DNA of 63,500 nt, filler included, from Rhabdomonas costata (taxonomy: Eukaryota): NCBI GenBank assembly GCA_019059605.1. It is 53 parts of 53 records of this genome, joined end to end, with 100 filler letters (N's around TTAATTAATTAA, not from the genome) between each part and the next. Parts side by side here need not be neighbours in the genome. Positions count along the whole stretch, not along the records: positions 1 to 1,101 come from JAHMHO010028588.1; positions 1,202 to 2,302 come from JAHMHO010028589.1; positions 2,403 to 3,503 come from JAHMHO010028590.1; positions 3,604 to 4,706 come from JAHMHO010028591.1; positions 4,807 to 5,904 come from JAHMHO010028592.1; positions 6,005 to 7,105 come from JAHMHO010028593.1; positions 7,206 to 8,306 come from JAHMHO010028594.1; positions 8,407 to 9,508 come from JAHMHO010028595.1; 45 more parts are not named here. One strand, 5' to 3'. Each line of letters begins with the position of its first letter. Position 1 is the stretch's first letter. The notes under the pieces were generated by a model. It worked only from the letters and a program-made list of their open reading frames with translations. It searched no databases and was not told the DNA's origin. Below are positions 1-13,209 of the stretch, piece after piece. The position numbers and the translations under genes are program-made.

Positions 1-212
1 CCATGTTGGTATTGCGTGGGCTGTTTTTGGCTCTTTATTGGAGGTTCCTACTTACCTATCTACCTATGTAACTAGGTATCTGTATGAGTGGTGGTGATGG
101 GCCAAAAGATAAATACTAGAGAAATTGGGTCCATTTTTGCTGACTTTTTTCGGTCGTGTTTTGCTTTGCTCTCCGAAGCCGTGTGGCCAGAGTACGTGGG
201 TGGGTGGCCCAG

Positions 213-994
213 GAGCTCCGGCTTCTGCGGAAGCTGAAGCACGAGAACATCGTTGGCCTGTACGGGTTCGGGGTCATTGGCAACAACGTGGAGCTGTACA
301 TGGAGGTCGCCAGCGAGGGCTCGCTGTACAGCGCGTTCGTGAAGTACGGCAACCTGCCATTCCCATTCGAAGCAATTCGGTACGCTGTCCCCCGCGCCCC
401 GAAAAAGATGCTTGCTGAAAGTTGTACCATCAAAGCTCAAAACGGTTCTCTTGACGTAAGCGTAATGACCCAGTGTCTTCCCACAAACCGTACGGACTCC
501 ACAGCTTGCTATCGTCGAGTTTGGCCGTGAGACCGAGCAGGCGGAAAGAAGATTAAAGCCCTAGCATAGCCGGAAACGTCATCCCCCACGAGGATTTCGT
601 TGTCACCTAACCCGTTACACTGAAATGCAATCGTTTCGTTTCCACGAGGCTACTGACCCTCTCCTTTTGTAAAAAAAAACAATTTCAGAAATACAATTCC
701 AGTAACTTTCCTGTTCCCCGTCCATTGCCATAGTCGTCAGAAGGCTGAAAAAGTTGAAATCTTCAGGAGGTGGGATTAATCCAAATTCCTCACCTCCTAT
801 TTCTTTGGCTAAGACATCCTCCCCAAGAAGTTTTCGAGCTGACCATGAGTCAATGGTTGGAGTCAGAGTGAGGTAGTGAGCGTGGTGCGTGGGTGCGGTG
901 TTTGTGCACGGCTCACTCAGGAATTACTTGAGGATGATCCTCCTCGGCTTGCAGTACCTCCACGACAACAACGTCATTCACAGAGATATCAAAG
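213..994 (+). CDS. Ser/Thr protein kinase (STE/MAP3K-like), internal fragment; exons 213-379 and 921-994
   Basis: Spliced product ELRLLRKLKHENIVGLYG...ELYMEVASEGSL...IR|NYLRMILLGLQYLHDNNVIHRDIKG covers subdomains III-VIb. The GT-AG intron 380-920 keeps frame. Confidence 0.9.
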
Positions 995-1101
995 GTGCGC
1001 GTCAAGGGTAGGATTGTGTTCCCCTTGTAGTGGAGAGAGAGAGTGGACTTTGGGTTGTTTTGCTTTCGATCTGCTGGGAAAGCATGTAACCCCCAAACCC
1101 C

Positions 1102-1201
1102 NNNNNNNNNNNNNNNNNNNNNNNNNNNNNNNNNNNNNNNNNNNNTTAATTAATTAANNNNNNNNNNNNNNNNNNNNNNNNNNNNNNNNNNNNNNNNNNN
1201 N
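1102..1201. other. Artificial contig spacer N44-TTAATTAATTAA-N44 (first of 52; recurs about every 1.2 kb)
   Basis: The same 100-nt N linker with a 12-mer giving TAA stops in all six frames separates contigs of about 1,100 bp throughout the window. Confidence 0.98.
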
Positions 1202-1623
1202 CAGGCAGGGGAGGGAGGGCGTAGTTTTGTTTGACCCAATGGGCGTGCTGAAGGTTCGCAACAGACCCAACCGAGGGAACTCAGTGGAAGTCAGAGAGAG
1301 AGAGAAACTTCCACCACGCCATTCCAACGCAACAGAAAACAACGCAAACCCTCTTCGATCATCTAATACACTGCGATGTATCAAAACTGAACCCACGGGT
1401 TTCCAACACAGTCCACAGCGAAGGGTGGGGGCAGCGTCGCACCGCCCTCGGTGGACATCAACGGCAAACCTCTCCACAACAATCCCCTATCCCTCCCCAC
1501 TTCGAGTCTTTGATATAATGCATGGTGCCCATCCCATGCGCTGACCAATCTCGCCTACCGGTGCAGTACCGGCAATGACGTGGTGAGTTGGGGGTGGGAC
1601 CCGCCCCGCCGCCCCCACCCCAG

Positions 1624-1993
1624 CCTCAAAGATGCACAGCTTACTTGGACAGCTGAGGCATAAGCCCGTGCTTCTTGAGGAAATCGTCCAGGCCACCCAC
1701 GTAGCTGTAGTGTGCACCGGCGGATCAAAAGCAGTAGCAACAGCGTCGTTATGGAGTAACGGGGTGGAACTCATGAACTTGCAGCACCCAGCAGAAACTA
1801 CTGCAGCCAAGAACTGTATGAAACAGGTCCTTTCTTGGTTCCGTTATGAGCCTTTGGAAGTGACCACGATAGATTGGCGTTGATTTGTGCACAGCCCTTC
1901 CTGCGCAGGAGCTCCAATGCAGAGAATCCCTACCTTCGTTGTCAGCAAAAGCACACTGAAGATTCGGATAAACGGGCTTGGAACAGAACAGAG
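1624..1993 (+). CDS. Hypothetical protein, two putative exons (about 1624-1826 and 1895-1993)
   Basis: AG/GT-bounded open segments join in phase 0 (...KNCMKQ|PFLRRSSNAENPY...). No recognisable domain. Confidence 0.3.
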
Positions 1994-4900
1994 GTATGGG
2001 CGTGAGACCTTTCGGGGTCCATCCTCATGTGCTGGATGTGCTTCGAGGTGTCGAAGATGACCTCGTCCACCTCGATGCCATTCTTGCGCCACCCCGCGGC
2101 GCAGTCACGGCAAACCTATGGTGTCGTTTTCCCGATGAGGAGCGAATACGTTTTCGCGGGAAATACATTCGGCAATGGATCGACTCATATATATATTGTT
2201 ATGAAGGGACAGAAAGGCCCCACGTCACCTCAAAGAGGTAAGAGGTGACGTGGGGTGAAAGTAGGTAGAAAAGGTGAAAGTAGGTAGAAAGGAAACAACA
2301 CANNNNNNNNNNNNNNNNNNNNNNNNNNNNNNNNNNNNNNNNNNNNTTAATTAATTAANNNNNNNNNNNNNNNNNNNNNNNNNNNNNNNNNNNNNNNNNN
2401 NNTTGTTTTTGAGTGCTGCGTGCCTCTCAGATGGTGGTGTGCAACGGCTCTCGAGCCCTGCTGACCGACGATCGTCGTGTAGTGTTGGACCTGCGGTATC
2501 CCATGCTAAGTATGACTACCCCCCCGCTGATGTGTGTTTGTTTAGTTTTGTGGTGTGGCTTCGACCTGTCCTACGTATTTCTGCGGATTTCCAGTCGCGT
2601 TTCCACATTCTCGACTCGGCCGCCGCCTCCCCCCCACTTCTCGTTGAATTTCGGCTGTCGCGTTTAGCGTTCCGGATTCCGATCAAGAGCACCGAGGATG
2701 ACGTCCACAAGATATTTCTGTCTCCCTGTGGTGTGCGCCTTGCCCCCGAAAAACCGGAAACACACGGAGACGGAACCTGGTCACAATTAGATGCAGTGTA
2801 CCGTCCCTATATATAAAATCAAATTGATGGGTGCCGGGGAATCATCAGCAGAGCGGTGTAGATCGCCTGCCGTCAGTTTTTTCCTTTTCTTCTTTTCCTC
2901 CTTTCTGATACACTCTGTGAGGCTGAACCGTCCAAAATTAATCACGCCAAGAAGCCCATTTTTATCCATCCCCAGACCGCATCCACTGCCCTCCCTCCGT
3001 TGACCTTTGATTTTCGTGTGCCATTGGCTCCACGTTGGTCCCGGTTTTTTGTGCTAATATAATCCGCGTCACCTGAAAAAGTCACAACCGAAAAAGTGCA
3101 TTCTAAAACAGGCATTTTCCTTAGAAGCTAAAAAGGGTAGTGAAAAAACTGGTTGTTCTGGAGGTGTTTTCACCTCGTTTCGGCCTGTTCTTTGTGTGTC
3201 TACCTCTTACTTTTGGGTCATATACGGACGGGAATTAAAACAACGAAGATCACTGCAAGATATTGTCAGTGAAATATGTTCGAAGCCCTAAACCGCGGTA
3301 ATACGAGCCCAACTCTGTGCTCTCCTCTCTATGACCGACGAGAGCTGCAGTCGAGGTGTCATCCGTGGCGCTTCTTGCAAAAACCTAAAACCAGAAACAG
3401 CAAAAAAGTCATGCAGAGAAAAGACACGATGAAGTTCAACAAGAGACCGCACTTCGAAAAACCTTCCCAATCAAACCTTAAAGACCCCGTTCTCTCCCAA
3501 CCCNNNNNNNNNNNNNNNNNNNNNNNNNNNNNNNNNNNNNNNNNNNNTTAATTAATTAANNNNNNNNNNNNNNNNNNNNNNNNNNNNNNNNNNNNNNNNN
3601 NNNGCGCGCTCTGGGGCGGAGGGGGGTGGGCGGCTATCGTGACCGCCTTCGAGCCCTTAGCGGGGCGCTGCACCGCAGTGCTGCCCTGCTGCTCGGTCTC
3701 TGAGATGTCCGTGTCGTCCAGGGAGACCACGGAGATGAGGGTCGTGGTAGCACCCGGAGGAGTGGGCAGCGTGGGCCGGAGTTGCTCAAGGACTTCTAGC
3801 ATGGCTTTGGGGAGGTCGAGCTTCACCCGGGGGTTGGTGCCGTGGGTGTGAATGTAGTGCAGAATCTTGTCGTAGGCTTCTGGAATGTTCCCTTTGGAGA
3901 AAAGTCAGTTGCGCACAGAGCACGTCACGTTGGAGATCAAACAACCCAATTCCGAAGGCCCCTCAGTTGTTCGGGTGAATGGAAATGTCGTTCTTCTAGG
4001 CGTTATGTCCCCTCGATCTTGCACTCTGTTTCCCCCGTTTGCTCTCCTTGCTCCTCTGAGAGAGCTCTGTTCCCCAAAGCTTTCGTGTTACTCCTTCATC
4101 CCACCTCTCTACTATTTTCTTGATGTTCCACGCCGCCCATGCTGCTGCTTTTCAATTTGTTTACGATGGACCTCAAGCAGCTCTCCTCTTGCCTTGCTCA
4201 CTTGTTAACTTGATGAATTACCATGAGAGGTCACTTCTTTCAAAAAAAAAACTTGTCCTTTTCTCTTCTCGGTTGATGGTCCTTGTGCTTCTTTCTACAC
4301 CATTCCACCTGCTTTTGTATATAGTGCACTTTTGGGACTTGTCCTGCAATGGACGTTGTGGTTGTACTTCGCTGTGAATGGAAACCAGCCTTTAATCTCC
4401 TCACCTCTCAAGATGTCTCGCGGAATATTCGCACAGGACGTCAGCGCAGATAGCAGCAGTGATTCATATTGATTCGATGCAATTTACTTCAACGAGAGAA
4501 GAAGCAAGAACGCGCGACGAAACGGCTCTCTGCTCTGACGACGCACCGGCGTAGAATCTCTCCGCACATTGCTGCCACACGTAGGAGACCAGCTCCTCAC
4601 GCGGAGCCTTAGCCATCGACGGGGAGTCGAAGAGGTACAGCCACTCCCCTGCAGCCAAAACCCACATCATCGAGGGGCTCGGAGCAAACGGTGCTCACAC
4701 CAAAAANNNNNNNNNNNNNNNNNNNNNNNNNNNNNNNNNNNNNNNNNNNNTTAATTAATTAANNNNNNNNNNNNNNNNNNNNNNNNNNNNNNNNNNNNNN
4801 NNNNNNGGGGGTTTTGTTTTCAATACACCATGGTGGATACCGTGCTGTGCTGTGCTATATTGGTCCTGTGCAGAGGGGGTGTTCCGCAAGGTGCCCCATG

Positions 4901-7220
4901 TAACCTGGCTGGAATTAGGAACCTGCAGCAGTTCAGCAGGCACCCTTCTAAACTGTACGCAGCGTCCCCCGCAGAGCCTTTTCCTTACCTTTTCAGTGAA
5001 GAAGCACGCCAAAGAACCGTGGCGTTGTGCTGTACTATCGGGAGGCCAAAGGTTTGTGATTTGGGGTTCGCGCATGATGTGTGCATGACCTCCTCGGGCT
5101 GAAGTCTGCTTCCCCCAATTGGAAGTTCACCGTTGGGCAACTCATGCCCGCGGTACTGGTTCAGCGTTGTGGTGCCAAAATGGGATAGTCTGTCCCACTA
5201 ACACGGACAGGTGCAGTGGGGAAAGGGTACCCCAGCCCTCTCTGGTGTAACAAGGTGATGGGAAGCGGGAACTCGGCAGAGTTGAAACCACGCTCGAAGG
5301 AACATTCACTCTGGCAATACATCCGCATTCGAGGAGATGGGAAGGGGGGCTCATCTCCCAAAGTCAACGGCAGAGAAAAGGGGAAGGAAATTCAGGTTGG
5401 CCCAAGCACGCCAACACATACACACATATTGAGGACAAAGTCTACACACGCACACACCGAGGATTTCCGCGCGAACAAGCGGAAGAAACACTGCAGGTCG
5501 TTGAAAAGGGGAGAGAAGGAAGGAAAATGGCTTCCTTCAGATTTCTAGACAAAAAAGAAGCCACGAAGCATCTTCCGCTTACCTTCTCCGCGTTTTCTTT
5601 CGTTTTCTCTGTTATTTCAATTGCAAACACGACCACAAATCCAATCGACCCCCCCCCCCCGAATCACCGCTCTATTTCACTGCCACTGCGATTGATGATC
5701 GAGTGTGCTCAGAACTTCAGCACCACGGGCGCCACCTGGACATCGTCTCCATCATCCTGGGGAGGGAAAGGTGAGTCTCTTAATCCAAAACTCTCAAGGT
5801 GGAACGTGCTCATCCAGCGACAGCAGATAAAATGCAATATCACTGTGGCCTGCATTATGCATGTACGCAAGGTGTGGATAGTTCAGGAGAGTCATAAACA
5901 AAACNNNNNNNNNNNNNNNNNNNNNNNNNNNNNNNNNNNNNNNNNNNNTTAATTAATTAANNNNNNNNNNNNNNNNNNNNNNNNNNNNNNNNNNNNNNNN
6001 NNNNCACGGTCCGCACATGGATGGATGGATGGAGTCAATGTGTCGTCAGACAATGTGCAAAGGGCATCAGCTGATCCTCTGAAGACCAGCCTTGCTCACA
6101 GCTTGTTGTCGTTCTGCGTTGGGTTGACCTTTGAGTCCTTGCCCTTGATGGCTCTCATCGGCCCACCACTAAGGAAAAAACCGAAATGCAAAGCTTCCAT
6201 TTCCTTTTCTTCCACCCGCGAACGCAAAATGCATGTCGGAATATAGTTATATCAGACACAGGAGGTGACCGGAATATGAACTACTCACACAGCATAAGGA
6301 CTCTGGAATGAATGGCATCCACCACCCCGAAACCCCCGAACAGCCGCAGGTTGTCCTCCTAAATTCTTGAAGAAGCCAAGAGTGCACATAGCCTTTCATG
6401 CAAATCCAGACTTTCTTCCAAAATGATGGCACCACATTACGGGTAGAGTGGGCAAGCATCGAAATCTGCATCTCTTCACCAGGGCTTGAGCCGCATGCAT
6501 AGAGGAAAGAACAGACGAATCTGGGCAAGTGCCAACACGTTGAGGGCACTATGAAGAAGCCCACCGTTGCAGTGGGGCGGCACGAAGCGGCACAAAAATG
6601 CAGGAAAGAAGGGGCCGCGAAGAGGTAACCACCCTCCGGGGGGAATGGACCGATTCCATATCAGTTTTACCTGACCCCAAACAACCTAGTGCATATAACA
6701 GCATGCTAATTCTGCGGATTCATCTCAATCCTCAAATCAGAGAAAAATCAAAAGTGTTCGAGCATCGGGCATCGACTTTGACCCTTCGGAAACAGGGATA
6801 GACACTGATGATTGATGTAAACTCAAAATCAAGCCGGCAGAAGCATGAAAAATGGGGCATCTATCTCTTGAAAACACTTGGGACAACACAAGAGAAAACT
6901 GAAAAATCTCACAGTCATTACAAACGCGACTGAAAAGTGGAGAAGTGCGGATGGTAATGCTGAGAATGTGTCAGGCGATGGGGTACAGAGGTCCCTGGCA
7001 GACGCAAGTGCACGCAGAAAAAATGTTTCCGTGTAATTCAACGCATTGCAGGCATTCACACCCGACATGCTCCATGGCGGATCTCTTGCGCTCATCCCCG
7101 CCCGTNNNNNNNNNNNNNNNNNNNNNNNNNNNNNNNNNNNNNNNNNNNNTTAATTAATTAANNNNNNNNNNNNNNNNNNNNNNNNNNNNNNNNNNNNNNN
7201 NNNNNGTGTGGGTTGGCCAG

Positions 7221-8274
7221 CCGGGTGCACAGCCGGATCGTCGTGGTGGGGGCCTCGACTACCGGGCTGGCCTTCCTGTACACCCTGCTGGCCATCCCAC
7301 ACCTGCACTTCAGCAACCTCCTGCTGGTTTCCCGCGATGGTCTGTGGGTGCACTTGTTGTGCGTTTACGCGTTTGTGTGACGTTTGTATAGATATTAAAA
7401 GAGGTGGAAGGCTTCGTTCTAACTGGCCTGTTTCCATCTCGGAGCACCAGAACACACACATTTGTGTGATGAACTGAAAAGAAAGCGAAGCGGAGCACGA
7501 GGAAACTGTTCCGTTGAAGAGCAAATGAGGTGACGTGTAGAGAAAACATCGAGGACGCTCCCCCCAGTGGGGAAGCAGAGCCCCCCCCCCCACATGCACA
7601 CATCACAAACGCGCACACGCACACACACAAAACGCACATTCACACACACTTCATCGCTTCTCGTCCTTGGACTCCTTCTCCGTACACATAAACTCTCAAG
7701 GTCCTTTGGGAGTTTTGTTGACATCAACAAAGGTCATGGTCTGGGGTGCCTTTTGTAGAACTTTCTGACTGCTTAGTATTCGCAGGGGTACAGCCCAGGA
7801 GTACTTCATGCTGACACCACTGAGCTTTGCCCGCGCATGCACACACCAGCGGCGTGGGTTGTAATGTCTGCCACTTGGGATTGGGGAACAGGTAACCGTA
7901 GAAGAACTCCAAGAAGGAGGCGCAGTGGTGGGTGCTGTTTTTACATAGGTCCTATGCGTATATATTAATCAGGGTGAGGGTGTGTGAGTGGGTTATGGTG
8001 GGGTGATAAGGGATTCCCGAGCACCCCAGCCGCAGCGAGCTGAGCTGGGCCGTGGACACGATGGACTTCAGCCTGCGGGAGTACCTCCTGCTGGGGCTGC
8101 GGTGCCGGCTGCGGGTGATCGTGGGCAGTCTGGTCGACTTCGAGCGCGCCGAGAAGTACCTCGTGACGGAAGCTGGGTTCGTCGAGCCCTACGACCACCT
8201 CGTCATCACCGCGGGGAGGCAGTACACCATCCCCCCTGAGTTGCTGGCCAAGGGCCTCGCACAGAAGAGCGGGG
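7221..8274 (+). CDS. CFAP61: Cilia- and flagella-associated protein 61, fragment; exons about 7221-7339 and 8011-about 8274
   Basis: SRIVVVGASTTGLAFLYTLLAIPHLHFSNLLLVSRDG|IPEHP...EPYDHLVITAGRQY matches the Rossmann-like region of CFAP61. GT-AG intron 7340-8010 is in frame. Confidence 0.85.
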
Positions 8275-9352
8275 CGTGTGCCCCACACCCCCAAACACAC
8301 GCAACANNNNNNNNNNNNNNNNNNNNNNNNNNNNNNNNNNNNNNNNNNNNTTAATTAATTAANNNNNNNNNNNNNNNNNNNNNNNNNNNNNNNNNNNNNN
8401 NNNNNNAGGAACAAAACAAATGCAAGGCTGCGGTCTCCGTTGGGTTCCAAAAAACCTTAATTGGAGGACTAGTTGGCGTACCTGGAGAATCCCGGGGAAG
8501 GGGATATGGAGGCTAAGAGATGCGATGGGTTTGGGTTGGGTATATTGAGGAGGGTGATGTAAAACATACGGAGCCACTTACATTTGAAGCGACTTGCATA
8601 TGGTGCGACGTTCAAAGAGACAAAATCCCTCCGGTGAGGAAAGTGGCCTTGGTCGGGATTCTCCAGCTATGCGGACGAGTTTTTGACGAATAACCCATTT
8701 TTTGATCGCCCATCCTCAAACGTGCCAGCTATTATTTGACCCACCCCCTAGCTGTCCCATTAGTCAGTTTTTCGGCTTGTATTCTCCCACACGGATGCAC
8801 ACCAATGCGACTGCTCTGCATGAAAGCTCATCAACATCAGATCTGAACTGGATTACAGTGTGTTGCTCACATCGGAAACCTTTGGGAGAAGGAACACACC
8901 ATCGCTGTGCTAACACAAATCCAGTTCACTGCAGCGGCCCATATGGTGAGCCCTCTATGGTCTTTCGTTGTTGGAAGAAGGGAAATCACAATCACTGGAA
9001 AATGCCGAACGTAATTGAAAGCTCATCTGTCCGCACACGTTCGGGAAACCATATTTAAACCAACCAGAAAGATTCAGAAATATTACAGCATGAATCTGCA
9101 ACTCGTTCAGCCTAACCAACTGACCGTCACGTCACACGCAGAAGGGTTGAGGTTGTCCAAAAATCGACAGCTAGCGATGTATCTCCCTCTCTTCCCTTCC
9201 TTCAAGTCAGGTCACCGGAAAGCCTTATGTGCCAACAAAGTGAGGTCTAAAAAAGTGGAGGCCTCAGACACCCACTCCGGCAACTACGCTGGGAACAGTT
9301 GCAAGCAGCACAACGCAGCAACAAAGTCTGAAATTCTCCACACGCACAAAAC

Positions 9353-9430
9353 CCTGCTGCGAAGCAACGTGCACTGTATCATTGACGTTCGCTTTCTCGG
9401 CGATCAGAGCACTAAGAACTGCCTTGCGCT
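9353..9430 (-). CDS. Possible ankyrin-repeat exon
   Basis: AG/GT-bounded exon reads ERKAVLSALIAEKANVNDTVHVASQQG; LI..KANVN and H.AS..G are ankyrin-like. Confidence 0.3.
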
Positions 9431-9618
9431 CTACCGGAGGAGAGAGCGAGAGGTGGAAGGGGGCCCAATCGGCAGGACCCCAAATAAAGAAGCCGGATAT
9501 CAAAAAACNNNNNNNNNNNNNNNNNNNNNNNNNNNNNNNNNNNNNNNNNNNNTTAATTAATTAANNNNNNNNNNNNNNNNNNNNNNNNNNNNNNNNNNNN
9601 NNNNNNNNTTTTTTTTTT

Positions 9619-10647
9619 AGCCTGCAGTGACAATCATACGCTCCACCCCAGCGCTGACCGCACGCTATAAAAAAAAAGGAACGGTACTCGCTCAGAAGGT
9701 GATGGACGCATGGTATGGACGATTGCCAGGCAAACTAACGTCGAAAACAATGCTCCATATTTGAAATAAAACTCTTGTGCGGTGCCAAATCATGGCGAAG
9801 TCGGTTCGACTGCCATGTTTCGCGTTTTCCATGACAAACCCATGACAGAAATTATAGCGTTTGCGTTTTCCAAGAGGGACCCCCGAAAATGCACAAACGT
9901 TATCCTGTAAATGAAGAGATGGAAAACATTGCCACCCCAACCGTCTTCAATCCTCCTCAAAAGTCTACGAATGATGAACGGGGGTCCCATGGTCTTTTTT
10001 CATCGACGTTTTCATTCGCCGGAAGGAAACAAGCGTCTATCTCCTTTTCTGCACCTCAACGTATCAGCAGGTGCACGTATATACGTGCTGAAAAAAGCAT
10101 ACGTCACACCTCAAGCACCAGTTCGTAGTCCGCTGCAGAAAAAGAGGAGAAAGGTATCATCGACCAAAATCTAAGCACAGATCGAAACAAACCGCGACGC
10201 AAACACCAAACCGGTGATGCGAATTAGTACGCCTGTTCTGAAACCAGATTAAAAAAAAACGAACAATATGCCGTGAGACCGAGACTCCCAGACCGCAATC
10301 ACAAAACTCTATCTGCAGTTTGCCTCTTGTTAACATTGAATCATTATATTTGCGTCACTGACCTGCAGCAGCTCACCAACTACCAGAAAAAGGAAGAACA
10401 CAGCGAATGAACGCCTGCAGCTCCGCCACAATTGTACGCAAAAATTGCCACCGATGACGAAAAACAACAAACCTGGGTAGTACTGCTTGCCGTTGTAAAT
10501 GCCTTGAAACATCGGATCTGCAAGGCACGCGAGAAATGCTGCAAATCCGAAATCACGAGCTTCTGGAACTACACCCCCAATTCAATTAACCACAAGAAAG
10601 AGAAGAGAATCGGTCAGCCCACAGACCTGTTAAGTTCGCCCCAATAT
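9619..10647 (-). CDS. TATDN1: TatD-family DNase (TATDN1-like), N-terminal part; micro-exons 10647-10627, 10517-10473, 10132-10110, 9664-about 9619
   Basis: Spliced product (D)IGANLT|DPMFQGIYNGKQYYP|ADYELVLE|RAVSAGVERMIVTAG is the typical TATDN1 N-terminus. Three GT-AG introns have consistent phases. The ORF track does not assemble it. Confidence 0.88.
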
Positions 10648-11527
10648 CTGTGAAAAAAGCAGCAGCGACAAAAGAGCGTTCTCCCGCAACTCTCGCCCAC
10701 CAACAACNNNNNNNNNNNNNNNNNNNNNNNNNNNNNNNNNNNNNNNNNNNNTTAATTAATTAANNNNNNNNNNNNNNNNNNNNNNNNNNNNNNNNNNNNN
10801 NNNNNNNTGTGTTACGTGTGTTTGGGTGAGGGGGTGCGGGGCGGTTACTTTCATTCTTTGTGATGTATCCTTTGGCTCCTAACTCACTACAAAGAGGGAG
10901 CGGGTTTCGCGTGGTTGATGCTGCCACCTGTCCAGTTGGTGCGACAGACCCCATCCCGTCCTCTCCACTCCAGCCTTGAGGGTTTGAAAAACGACAAAGG
11001 GGAGTCCCTCGCTCTCTCCCTTTCGCTTGCATTTCGTTGCTCTTGTTTTTGCTCGGTTATTGAATCCTTCTTTCACACCAATGCGGCCGTGCCGTTTATG
11101 TATATGCAACAACTAGCAGCAAATTTTGCGGAGAGATCCTTTCGTCCAGCAGTGACAACTGTGTTTACAGAGTCCCATGCCTTTCTGTTCCTCCGATCTG
11201 TGGCATGTGATGCACCTGCTTGCTCAACGAAGAACCTCGTTTTCATTCACCTGGACAGTGAAACGTACTAGCGCAAATAGCTTTGCACGCCTTGTGATGA
11301 TTGAAATGAAAGAGACGAGAGATCAGATTACGAAGAGACGAGCATATGTCATCGCACGAGTGCAGCAAAAGGAGCAGGGGCAAACGTCTCCCTGGCGCCT
11401 GATCAGCTGTGTCGAATTATTCACACACTCGCACCTGGCGTGACCTTCACACAAAAACACCAGTCGCGATGGATGGGCCTGTAAAGGCATCCCTCCTTCT
11501 TTCACAGCCACGGTGAAACCACCGTGT

Positions 11528-11596
11528 TGTCCTGTCCTGTCCTGTCCTGTCCTGTCCTGTCCTGTCCTGTCCTGTCCTGTCCTGTCCTGTCCTGTC
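11528..11596. repeat. (TGTCC)n pentanucleotide microsatellite, about 13-14 copies
   Basis: Directly visible tandem array. Confidence 0.95.
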
Positions 11597-12186
11597 ATGT
11601 CTTACCTTACCTTTCCTGTGTACTAATCGCACAAAAAGCTGCTGTCGGCCCACGTGAAAAATAGCAACGGTCCAATAGTACGTACGCACGTGGGTTGGGG
11701 ACATTTTTTAGCCGTGCAGGCGTCGCATCTCGTACAACTCTCTGGAAGCTCTTCAGTTTTCAGAAGAGCTTTGCCCCGACTTTTCACACATCCTTTCTCA
11801 CCCTGGTGGGTCAGTAATCTCTGTACTCCCTATGGACCAGCCAAGCACGAACAGTCCCCTTCTCGTGCTTGGCTGGTCCATAGGGAGTACAGAGATTACA
11901 CACCCAACNNNNNNNNNNNNNNNNNNNNNNNNNNNNNNNNNNNNNNNNNNNNTTAATTAATTAANNNNNNNNNNNNNNNNNNNNNNNNNNNNNNNNNNNN
12001 NNNNNNNNGGTGTGGTGGTGCGTGTTTTTTATTGTGCGAGCGTGTTCACCCGCTTCTCCTGTTGGACACTGCAGAAACAGAGCATGTGGGCAAGGGACAA
12101 GTCGCTCAGCAGTATCGGAATCCTTAAAGCTTTTAAAAGAATTTGTTTCGGTGCGTGTTTGTTGCGGGTGTATGAGGAAGGCGCAC

Positions 12187-13065
12187 CTTGTACCCCTCAA
12201 GCCCAGAGTACTCCATCACCTTCATCCCCACGGTGCGGTCATTCTCCCAGAAGGGGTAGCAGTTGCCTCCCCACCCGTTGAACTCCCAGTGTACCGCGCG
12301 GACGGAGGACTCGCCCACGGGCCCGACCACCATCGAGGGCCCCATGTCCCTCATCCAGGAGTCATCGTGGGCGATCTCCACCACCTCAATGCTTGAAGGC
12401 AGCTACGAGTCACACCGGGACAATGCACTTATGAAGGCCGTGCATATACACATAGATACACACGCACGCAGTCCGTGGGTCTATGGTCAGTGAAGTTAAG
12501 GCTCAAAGCGCTTGAGAATAAGCGGACCTGAACGACAACCTCAAGAACAGCAGTTCAGCGGTGCCCCGCCCCCCCGTGGCAAAAAAACAAAGTGGTACTA
12601 TTTATCATCACAAGCACAGTGGGACCCAGCCTCCTTTCCCGCGCCGATCCTCACTCCGATCCTCATCCCTATATTTGCCCTTTGTTCAGCTTGCACAAGT
12701 GCCCCTGTCCATTGCATCCCATCGATCCATCCATCCATCGATCGGATCGGGAAGTTCCGAGGAGTAGAAAACTCCAACCCAAGCGCATCTCACACCTGAC
12801 CCCGGGCCTGCTTCACAAAGGCCGGGGAGGCGCCGATGGTAACCGGCTCAAACTGTGAGATGGCCTTGGCTACCGCAGCGAAGGCCTTCTGGGCAGGCTT
12901 GGCGTCGTCCCTCCAGTTGTCCGGCCGCTCGGGCCACAGCATCCAGCACTTCTTGTGGGGCTCAAACTCCCCGGGCATCCGGAAGCCATCCTGCTTGGGG
13001 TTGCCGGGGATGTACCGCCCCCCGGCCTCAATCTTCGCCTTCTTTGTCACCGGTGGCTTCGGCAT
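12187..13065 (-). CDS. aguA: Agmatine deiminase (peptidylarginine deiminase-like), N-terminal part; exons 13065-12796 and 12402-12187
   Basis: [34 protein letters not shown] and WEFNGWGG motifs. GT-AG intron 12795-12403 is phase 0. Confidence 0.92.
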
Positions 13066-13109
13066 CAGTCAAACTGTGCTCAAAAAAAGCTAAGTTAAGC
13101 ACCAAAAAC
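13066..13109 (-). promoter_or_regulatory. Putative 3' acceptor upstream of the aguA ATG (spliced-leader trans-splicing site or 5'UTR intron)
   Basis: Minus strand reads CTTAAC, a T7 tract, then AG/CACAG ending 8 nt before the ATG. Trans-splicing is an inference from the euglenozoan assignment. Confidence 0.35.
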
Positions 13110-13209
13110 NNNNNNNNNNNNNNNNNNNNNNNNNNNNNNNNNNNNNNNNNNNNTTAATTAATTAANNNNNNNNNNNNNNNNNNNNNNNNNNNNNNNNNNN
13201 NNNNNNNNN

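Noticed and set aside
1632..1700. HKPVLLEE resembling the RsmH N-terminus
   Set aside because: The expected D.T.G.GGH motif does not follow.
5030..5102. RPKVCDLGFAHD resembling a kinase DFG motif
   Set aside because: There is no upstream HRD or downstream APE, and a stop follows shortly.
7759..7785. ACTTTCTGACTG... resembling the Euglena spliced leader
   Set aside because: Only about 9 nt match, it lies inside the CFAP61 intron, and there is no SL donor or structure.
11434..11640. Possible minus-strand WD40 micro-exons (PIHRDWCFCVKVTP)
   Set aside because: Too short, and I could not find a consistent next exon.
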